Position numbers and translations under genes: made by a program. Positions 51,262 to 61,276 of a DNA stretch of 64,000 nucleotides are shown here, in pieces. Position 1 is the stretch's first letter. Each line of letters opens with the position of its first letter. Below the pieces are notes generated by a model. It was not told the origin of the DNA and did not search any database. It worked only from the letters and a program-made list of their open reading frames with translations. The stretch spans positions 32,001 through 96,000 of the forward strand of contig CBDCKN010000009.1 in NCBI GenBank assembly GCA_965218295.1. Reading direction: 5' to 3'. This DNA comes from Longimicrobiales bacterium (lineage in GTDB: Bacteria > Gemmatimonadota > Gemmatimonadetes > Longimicrobiales > Gaopeijiaceae).

Positions 51262-51431
51262 CGAGGAGATGTCTCAGGAGCCCGTCTATCGTGAGATCCG
51301 ACCTCAGTTCGAGCCCTTGGTCACGCGACACGAGCGCCGCTTCTCCCGTGTGCCGGAGTTGGAGGTGATCGGCTACGCGTAGCGGCGCGCAGGACGGTCA
51401 GGCGGAACTCCCACCTCGTGTCACCCCCCCT

Positions 51432-51460
51432 TTGAACCGAAGCCGCGTCTTCGGTATCCT
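51432..51460 (+). promoter_or_regulatory. Putative sigma70 promoter of uvrA with an overlapping palindrome
   Basis: TTGAAC-17 nt-TATCCT, 8 nt before the ATG; ACCGAAG-N6-CTTCGGT at 51436-51455. Confidence 0.55.
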
Positions 51461-51468
51461 AAAAGGCT

Positions 51469-54354
<2,886 letters not shown>

Positions 54355-54585
54355 CGTCGGTGAGGACCGTGGTTTTGCGGCACACGGGAAACGGAGGAGT
54401 CGCGGCGGGATGGCCGTTCGTGTTAGACTAGCAATCTCGCCTCATGCGACCCTTTTGACCGCTTTGAGCGTCTAAGAAACCGCGGCATCCGATAGACCGT
54501 AGGGATAACCGCCCCTCGTCGGAGGGGTCCAGCTACAGTTTGCCGGCGGCCGGTGCTCCGGTCGCCCTGAACCACGGAGTCGATC

Positions 54586-55017
54586 ATGGTAACCCGAGAG
54601 GATCTCGAGAGCTTCCTCATTCGGATGGACCTGGAGTACGAAGAGGTGGATGAGGGGATGTTTCTCGTGCGAGGCGGGAACGGGGCGGTGGTGGTCCACC
54701 ACTCGGAGCCTGTCCTTCTGCTCCGCCTCAACGTCATGGACCTTCCTGGCGAAGGGGATCTGACGGACTTGTATCGGGCGCTCCTCGAATGGAACGCTAC
54801 GGACATGGTTCACGGGGCGTACGGCATCGAGGAAGGGGAGATCATCCTCAGCGATACCCTCGAGCTGCAGACGCTGGACTACGAGGAGGTACAGGCGTCG
54901 GTCGAGAGTCTCCAATACGCCGCCTCGAGCCACCTCGGCAAGATCAAATCTCTCGCCGGGGTTGATGGTGGCGGTTCAGATGCGTCCGATGATAGCGGTT
55001 CGGAAGGAGAGGGCTGA
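54586..55017 (+). CDS. CesT/YbjN-like (type III chaperone fold) acidic protein
   Basis: Small acidic protein with LYRALLEWNATDMVHGAYGI; directly upstream of pspA. Confidence 0.7.
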   Translation: MVTREDLESFLIRMDLEYEEVDEGMFLVRGGNGAVVVHHSEPVLLLRLNVMDLPGEGDLTDLYRALLEWNATDMVHGAYGIEEGEIILSDTLELQTLDYEEVQASVESLQYAASSHLGKIKSLAGVDGGGSDASDDSGSEGEG

Positions 55018-55022
55018 GGCAA

Positions 55023-55910
55023 ATGAGCATCTTCACCAAGCTTTCGACGGTCATCAAGTCGAACATCAACGACCTCATCTCCCGGGCCGAAAACCCGGAG
55101 AAGATGCTGAACCAGATCATTCTGGACATGCGGGATCAGCTCGCGAAGGCCAAGCGCGAAGTCGCGGCGGCCATCGCGGACGAGCGCAAGCTCCGCTCTC
55201 AACTCGACGATGAGGTGAAGCAGACCCGGCAGTGGGAGCACCGCGCCATGCTGGCCGTGAAGGAGGGTCGGGACGAGCTGGCCAAGCAGGCCCTCATGAG
55301 GCAGGGAGAGCACGCGGAGCGTGCAGCGGCGCTGGACACCACATGGCAGGCACAGGCCAGCGAGACCGAGAAGCTCAAAGGATCCCTCCGGCAGCTCAAC
55401 GACAAGATCGAAGAGGCCAAGCGGAAGCGGAATCTCCTGGTCGCCAAGCAGCGGCGGGCCCAGGCGCAGAGGCGGATCCACGAGACCATGTCCGGTCTCT
55501 CCAACACGTCCGCTTTCGATGCCTTCAACCGGATGGCCGAGAAGATCGAGGAGCAGGAGCGCCAGAGCCTGGCCGCCGTCGAGGTGACCGAGGCCCTCGG
55601 GCCCGGCACGCTGGAGGAGGAGTTCAAGGTGCTCGAGTCCGGCGGCGGCACGGGCGACGTCGAGGATCGGCTCATGGCCCTAAAGCACGAGATGGGCTTG
55701 ATCGCCGCGCCCGAGTCCGAGGCTCCCAGGCAGTTGGAGTCCGGCGACGAGGATGAGGAGGCTCCCACCGAGGCGGCAGCTGTGGACGCCGGCGACGACG
55801 TGCCCGGCAGCGCGGATGGGGTTGTCGAGGCGGAGGCCGTCGAGGCGGAGCCGCAGATCCAGGAAGCCCAGCTCATCGAGGAGTTCGACAAGCTGAAGCA
55901 GGAGAGCTAG
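55023..55910 (+). CDS. pspA: PspA/IM30 (Vipp1) family protein
   Basis: MSIFTKL...AENPEKML, long coiled coil, FNRMAEKI and an acidic tail. Confidence 0.93.
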   Translation: MSIFTKLSTVIKSNINDLISRAENPEKMLNQIILDMRDQLAKAKREVAAAIADERKLRSQLDDEVKQTRQWEHRAMLAVKEGRDELAKQALMRQGEHAERAAALDTTWQAQASETEKLKGSLRQLNDKIEEAKRKRNLLVAKQRRAQAQRRIHETMSGLSNTSAFDAFNRMAEKIEEQERQSLAAVEVTEALGPGTLEEEFKVLESGGGTGDVEDRLMALKHEMGLIAAPESEAPRQLESGDEDEEAPTEAAAVDAGDDVPGSADGVVEAEAVEAEPQIQEAQLIEEFDKLKQES

Positions 55911-55941
55911 GAAGGGACTCCCGCGGCCGGAATCCTTCGGC

Positions 55942-56187
55942 CTATCTCGTGAACGCGTTGAACGTATCGATGGTGAAGGTGTCGCGGAGGTGCGGTGTCA
56001 CCTGGAGCCGATCGCAGATGAAGTGACCCACGTCGTCCTGCTCGCGCACGTGGAACTTTACCAGAAGGTCGTACTTTCCCGACACCGAATAGACCTCCGC
56101 GGTCTCCTCGATGTTGTCCACGATGTAGTCGGCCACCTCGTAGGACTTGCCGAGCTCACACTTGATCATCACGAAAACCGCGTGCAT
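55942..56187 (-). CDS. Stand-alone Lrp/AsnC ligand-binding domain protein
   Basis: MHAVFVMIKCELG...VYSVSGKYDLL; 81 aa with no HTH. Confidence 0.85.
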   Translation of the reverse strand: MHAVFVMIKCELGKSYEVADYIVDNIEETAEVYSVSGKYDLLVKFHVREQDDVGHFICDRLQVTPHLRDTFTIDTFNAFTR

Positions 56188-56230
56188 GCTCCGACCCTCT
56201 TGGTGGCTCGCGAACTTCGGAAACGGAACG

Positions 56231-56899
56231 CTAGAATCCGACGGAGATGGAGAGCGCGAAGACCGGATAGAACTTGAAGTACTCCGGAATGTCGTTCTCG
56301 ATGTCCAAAACCTCGGCCTGGACGTCGGCCCGGAACTGAGCTCCGACAATCGGGTCGTTGGCAAGGGGACCCTGGGGCGTCACGGTTACGGTGGGCTTTT
56401 CACCGAACCCTAGGCCTACGTCGAGGTTGATGCCGATGAGCTTGCCGATTCCGTTTCCGAAGCCGATACCCGCGTACGGTTGGAAGCTCTTCAGCTTGAA
56501 CGTGCTCACGAGCTTGTCTTCAGCGGTGAGGGTGTAGTCCGTCCCTCCGAATTCTTCGGTGCGTCCTGCTGCCGTGCCCACCGCGGCGATGTCGCCGCCC
56601 TTGGAGATGATCAGCCCGCCCGCGCTGAGGTGGAAGCCGCTCATGGGGTAGAAGTCCACGGTAGTAAGGATGAACGTGGGGAGGTCGAAGGCCCAATCGA
56701 CGCCCTCGATCTCAACCTCGGGGTCTCCCGGAATGAACCCCAACATGCCTCGGAGATTGAGCTTGGGAGCGACCCCGATGATGACACCGCCTCCGACGCC
56801 AATGGTGCCGGCGTGGCCCGAGATGGCGAAGCCCTGCGCCTGACCGGGTGCCGGGGCGAGAATGAGGAATGCGACGGCGGCGGCACAGAGCTTTCTCAT
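56231..56899 (-). CDS. Outer membrane beta-barrel hypothetical protein
   Basis: Signal peptide (..GQAQ), PYAGIGFG and C-terminal ISVGF. Confidence 0.75.
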   Translation of the reverse strand: MRKLCAAAVAFLILAPAPGQAQGFAISGHAGTIGVGGGVIIGVAPKLNLRGMLGFIPGDPEVEIEGVDWAFDLPTFILTTVDFYPMSGFHLSAGGLIISKGGDIAAVGTAAGRTEEFGGTDYTLTAEDKLVSTFKLKSFQPYAGIGFGNGIGKLIGINLDVGLGFGEKPTVTVTPQGPLANDPIVGAQFRADVQAEVLDIENDIPEYFKFYPVFALSISVGF

Positions 56900-57092
56900 G
56901 GGATATGGGCTCCTTCTGTCATGTCCAAGGGCATTGGGCGCGGGGCTGGGCCCCTCACCGAGGTGGGTGCTTCTTAAATGAAGCACCGTGCGAGCGCGTG
57001 TGCAATCTCTTGGTCGCTGACGGGGCTGGCGGAGTCGAGCGCCGAAGCCATCTTTTCCAACATCGTCAATTGCCCCCAACTCCAGGATCGAC

Positions 57093-57953
57093 ATGAGCAC
57101 GGTATACTTGAACGGCGAGTACCTGCCAAAGGAGCGGGCCACGGTTTCGGTGGACGACCGGGGCTTTCTACTCTCGGACGGCCTCTATGAGGTGACGCCG
57201 GCATACAAGGGCCGCCTCTTCCGCCTGGAGCAGCACATGAGGCGTCTCAGGCACGGCCTGGACGCCTTGCGGATCGGCTGCGACACTGCGGGGCTCCCGG
57301 AGATGCATCTGCGCCTCCTGACCGAGAACGGTCTCGAGGACGAGGACGTCTCCATCGTCTATCTCCAGATCACGCGGGGAGTGGCCCCCCGGACTCATCA
57401 CTTCCCCCCCGAGGGCACCCTGCCCACGGTTTATTCCTTTGGGAAGGCTTTCCATCGGCCCGATCCGGAGCGCTGGGAACAGGGATATTCGGCCATCATG
57501 GTGCCGGATCGCCGCTGGGCCAGGGTCGACATCAAGACCATCGGGCTCCTTCCGAACGTGCTGGCGCAGCAGGCAGCCGTGGATGCGGGGGCGGCGGACG
57601 CACTCCTTGTCAAGGACGGTGTGGCTCTCGAGGGGTCCCACAACAATGTCTTCGGCGTGTTCGACGGGGTGGTCACCACTCATCCGGCCACCCATGAGAT
57701 CCTCCACGGAGTCGGGAGAGGGTTCGTCATGGAGCTGGCGCGGGGGATGGGCATGACGGTGGTCGAGCGGGCGATTCCGGTGGAGGAGATGCGGGGCGCG
57801 GACGAGATCTTCTTCACGGGGACGACCACCGAGATACGACCCACGGTCGAGCTCGACGATCGGCCGGTGGGTGACGGGACGGTGGGGCCGGTGGCCAAGG
57901 CGCTTTACGAGGCGTTCAAGGTGGGGGTGGTGGAGGAAGTAGCGGTCGGGTAA
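57093..57953 (+). CDS. dat: D-amino acid aminotransferase (PLP fold type IV)
   Basis: DRGFLLSDGLYEV, YLQITRGVAPRTH, DIKTIGLLPN and EGSHNN. Confidence 0.88.
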   Translation: MSTVYLNGEYLPKERATVSVDDRGFLLSDGLYEVTPAYKGRLFRLEQHMRRLRHGLDALRIGCDTAGLPEMHLRLLTENGLEDEDVSIVYLQITRGVAPRTHHFPPEGTLPTVYSFGKAFHRPDPERWEQGYSAIMVPDRRWARVDIKTIGLLPNVLAQQAAVDAGAADALLVKDGVALEGSHNNVFGVFDGVVTTHPATHEILHGVGRGFVMELARGMGMTVVERAIPVEEMRGADEIFFTGTTTEIRPTVELDDRPVGDGTVGPVAKALYEAFKVGVVEEVAVG

Positions 57954-58002
57954 GCGGCCCTCCGGCCCTCCAACCCTTAGGCGGCGGGACAACGCCAGGG
58001 GT

Positions 58003-59301
58003 CTACCGATAGATCAGGTACGGCTCCCGCACCCGCCTGAACTCGGCCAGCGCCTCGTCCCACCCGTCTCGGATCTCTTCCACTCCGGCTCCCGCCTCGA
58101 TGGCCTCACGAAGCCGATCGGTCCCAGCCAGACGATCGAAGTGGGACGCGAGCCATCGCCAATCATCCCCGGACATCCTGCGGGTCTCCACCAGGAGTGC
58201 CACGGCGGCCTCCGTGGGATCGTAGTCGGCCGAGGTGGCGATCAGGCGCACGCCCGAGACCTCTACCCCGTCGAACTTGCCGTCGCCGGGGGACCGGGGC
58301 GTGAACCGGGTGGCCTCGAAGCGGACGCCGGTCAAGCCGGACCCGTTCATGGTTCGGGCCAGCGCCTCTCCGTCCAGCCAGGGTGCTCCGACGTGCTGGA
58401 AGGCGATATCCGTGCCGCGACCCACGGAGAGATTGGTCCCCTCGAAGAGGCAGGTGCCGGGATAGTGCGTGGCGCTCTCGATGCTGGGCATGTTCGGGGA
58501 CGGCTGGACCCACGGCAGGCCGGTTTCCGCGAAGGACATGTCACGTCGCCACCCCTCCGCAGGCGCCACGTGCAGCTCCACTTCGATGCCGAGCTCGCCA
58601 CTGGAGTAGCGGGCCAGCTCGCCGGGAGTCATACCGTGGCGCATGGGCACCGGGTGCCGCCCCACGAACGTCGCGAACGCCGGCTCCAGGATGTTGCCCT
58701 GGGTCGCTCCACCGATCGGGTTGGGACGGTCCAGGACCACCACCGGAATCCCCTCCTCGGCGGCCGCCTCCATCGCCAGGGTCATCGTGGAGACATAGGT
58801 CCAGTACCGGGCGCCGATGTCCTGGTAGTCCGCCAAGATGACGTCGATCCCTTCCAGCATCTCCGGGGTCGGCTTCCGAACCGTCCCGTAGAGCGAGTAG
58901 ATCGGCAGCCCTGTCTTGGAATCGACTTCGTCGTTCACCCGCTCGCCGGCTTCGGCCGTGCCCCGGATACCGTGCTCCGGCGAGAAAAGCGCCACGAGCT
59001 CCACGTCCGGATGTTCGTAGAGCCGGTCGATGGAGGAGCGTCCCGAGGAGTCCACACCCGTCTGGTTGGTGATGAGTCCGACCCGCTTTCCGGCCACGAG
59101 ATGCAGGGAGTCCTTGAGCAGCACCTCGATGCCCGGGCGCACTGGACCGAACTCGCCATCGGTACTTCGGTATAAGGAATCGGCGGCCCGGGCGCCCGTG
59201 CGGGTTCCCTCGAGGCTACCGGCGTCGGCATCCGAGCTGCAGGCCATGCATGTCAGGAGCGCGAGTATGAGCCAGGATTGTGGCACTCTCGGCAACTCCA
59301 T
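58003..59301 (-). CDS. namZ: Exo-beta-N-acetylmuramidase NamZ (DUF1343), lipoprotein
   Basis: GLITNQTG, FSPEHG, QDIGARYWTY, LDRPNP, RHGMT, PSPNMP and SVGRGT; CMAC lipobox-like sequence. Confidence 0.9.
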   Translation of the reverse strand: MELPRVPQSWLILALLTCMACSSDADAGSLEGTRTGARAADSLYRSTDGEFGPVRPGIEVLLKDSLHLVAGKRVGLITNQTGVDSSGRSSIDRLYEHPDVELVALFSPEHGIRGTAEAGERVNDEVDSKTGLPIYSLYGTVRKPTPEMLEGIDVILADYQDIGARYWTYVSTMTLAMEAAAEEGIPVVVLDRPNPIGGATQGNILEPAFATFVGRHPVPMRHGMTPGELARYSSGELGIEVELHVAPAEGWRRDMSFAETGLPWVQPSPNMPSIESATHYPGTCLFEGTNLSVGRGTDIAFQHVGAPWLDGEALARTMNGSGLTGVRFEATRFTPRSPGDGKFDGVEVSGVRLIATSADYDPTEAAVALLVETRRMSGDDWRWLASHFDRLAGTDRLREAIEAGAGVEEIRDGWDEALAEFRRVREPYLIYR

Positions 59302-59365
59302 AGCTTGCTCTCCGATCTGCACTTCGGCTGCTCTTTCTGCCCAACATCGAGGTTGCTGAGCTCGC

Positions 59366-61276
59366 TTGATGCCCATCCGGAGCACGCCCCGACACACCCT
59401 GAGTAACCCGGCGGGAAGCCTCTGGATCCTGGCGATTCTCGTTTCGTCGTGCTCCACGTTGAGCTCCGGGCCCGCTCAGAACCCCACCTCCACCGAGGAC
59501 CGGCCGGTCGCCTCTGTCGAGGGCGAGACCCCACGCGAAACATCTCCGAGACCGACCCGCGCTCAAACGGCTCGGCCCACGCGGCCCACTCTCCCCTGGC
59601 CTCAGCGCGTCCTCGACGAGATGACGCTCCGGGAGAAGATCGCCCAGATGATCATGCCGTTCGTTCTGGGCAACTTCGCTCCCGAGGGCACGGAGAGCCA
59701 CGACCGGATCGTGGACGTCATCGAGAGGGAGGGCGTGGGCGGCGTGATCATGTCGGTGGGCGTTCCCACAGACGTGGCGGTGAAGCTCAACGATCTGCAG
59801 CGCCACTCCAAGTATCCGCTCCTCGTGGGGGCCGATCTGGAGACCGGCGCTGGCTTCCGATTCTGGGGGGCAGTGCACGTTCCTACGAACATCGTGTTGG
59901 GTGGCGCTACGACCTTCCCGTCGCTGATGGCGTTCGGGGCGACGGGTGACCCGGACTACGCCTATCAGATGGGGCGCATCACGGCGTTGGAGGCCCGGGC
60001 CATGGGGGTCCACCTACCCTTCGCGCCCGTCCTGGACGTCAACAACAACCCCGAGAACCCGATCATCAACATCCGCTCCTTCGGCGAGGATCCCGAAGCG
60101 GTGGCGACCATGGGTGTGTCCTTCGTCCGCGGGCTCCAGGAGCACGGGGTGGGGGCCACGGGCAAGCACTTCCCGGGTCACGGCGACACCGAGGTGGACT
60201 CCCACCTGGCTCTGCCCATTATCCGCGCTCAGCGAGAGCGCATGGACTCGGTGGAGCTGGTGCCGTTCCGGGCGGCCATCGATGCGGGAATCCGGGGCAT
60301 GATGTCGGCCCACATCGCCGTCCCGGAGGTCAGCGGGGGGTATCTGCCATCCACCCTGTCCGGTCGGGTGCTCGAAGATCTTTTGCGCTCGGACCTGGGG
60401 TTCGACGGGATCGTCTTCACCGATGCCATGGACATGAACGCGGTGAACCGGCTGTATCCGCGGGGAGGGGCCTCCATGATGGCCGTGCTGGCCGGGGCCG
60501 ACGTGATTCTGATGCCCCCCGACGTGACGCAGGCCATCGACGCCATCCTTCGGGCGGTTCGCAACGGGCGGATCCCCGAGTCCCGCATCGACCAGTCGGT
60601 CACGAAGCTGCTCCGGCTGAAGGAGGAGAAGGGGCTCCACGAAGAGCGCGAGGTGCCCCTCGATGTTGTCCCCCAGGTGGTGGGCATCCCGAAGCACACG
60701 CGCATCGCCCAGGAGGTCGCCGAGCGCTCCATCACGCTCCTCCGGAACCAGCGGAACCTCCTGCCCCTCTTGGGAACCCGGACGGCCCGTGTCATGTCGG
60801 TGACGTTCCGTAGCCGCACCGACGTGCTGGCGAGCCGCTACTTCGACGCTCGCCTCCGCGAGACCTATCCTCGCCTCGTCACGACCCGGGTGGACGAGCA
60901 GACCAACTCCGCTGCCTACGAAGATCTGGAGCGGCGGTCGCATCGCTCGAATCTGGTGGTGGTCTCGGTCTACTCGAACTTCGCGGGCCGCGTCGAGCTC
61001 CCCGACGAGATGGTGGAGTTCGTGAACGAGCTCGCCCGCGCGAGGATCACCCATGTCGTGGTGTCCTTCGGGAACCCCTACCTGATCTCGGAATTCCCGG
61101 ATGCCCAGGCGTACGTCCTGGCGTGGAGCTCGGCTTCGGTGAGCCAGCGTGCCGCAGCTGCGGCCCTCCTTGGCGGCATCGAGATCAGTGGCCGGACCCC
61201 CACGGGCATGCCGCCCTACTTCGAGCTGGGTGACGGGATACACGTCCCGCTGAAGGTCACTGACAGTGGGCGGTAG
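59366..61276 (+). CDS. nagZ: GH3 beta-N-acetylglucosaminidase (NagZ-like), lipoprotein
   Basis: APVLDVN, RSFGED, KHFPGHGDTEVDSH and TDAMDM. Confidence 0.9.
   Translation: MMPIRSTPRHTLSNPAGSLWILAILVSSCSTLSSGPAQNPTSTEDRPVASVEGETPRETSPRPTRAQTARPTRPTLPWPQRVLDEMTLREKIAQMIMPFVLGNFAPEGTESHDRIVDVIEREGVGGVIMSVGVPTDVAVKLNDLQRHSKYPLLVGADLETGAGFRFWGAVHVPTNIVLGGATTFPSLMAFGATGDPDYAYQMGRITALEARAMGVHLPFAPVLDVNNNPENPIINIRSFGEDPEAVATMGVSFVRGLQEHGVGATGKHFPGHGDTEVDSHLALPIIRAQRERMDSVELVPFRAAIDAGIRGMMSAHIAVPEVSGGYLPSTLSGRVLEDLLRSDLGFDGIVFTDAMDMNAVNRLYPRGGASMMAVLAGADVILMPPDVTQAIDAILRAVRNGRIPESRIDQSVTKLLRLKEEKGLHEEREVPLDVVPQVVGIPKHTRIAQEVAERSITLLRNQRNLLPLLGTRTARVMSVTFRSRTDVLASRYFDARLRETYPRLVTTRVDEQTNSAAYEDLERRSHRSNLVVVSVYSNFAGRVELPDEMVEFVNELARARITHVVVSFGNPYLISEFPDAQAYVLAWSSASVSQRAAAAALLGGIEISGRTPTGMPPYFELGDGIHVPLKVTDSGR

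Noticed and set aside
56966..56987. Perfect 8-bp inverted repeat GGTGCTTC-N6-GAAGCACC between divergent genes
   Set aside because: It could be an operator, but it occurs once and cannot be assigned to a regulator.
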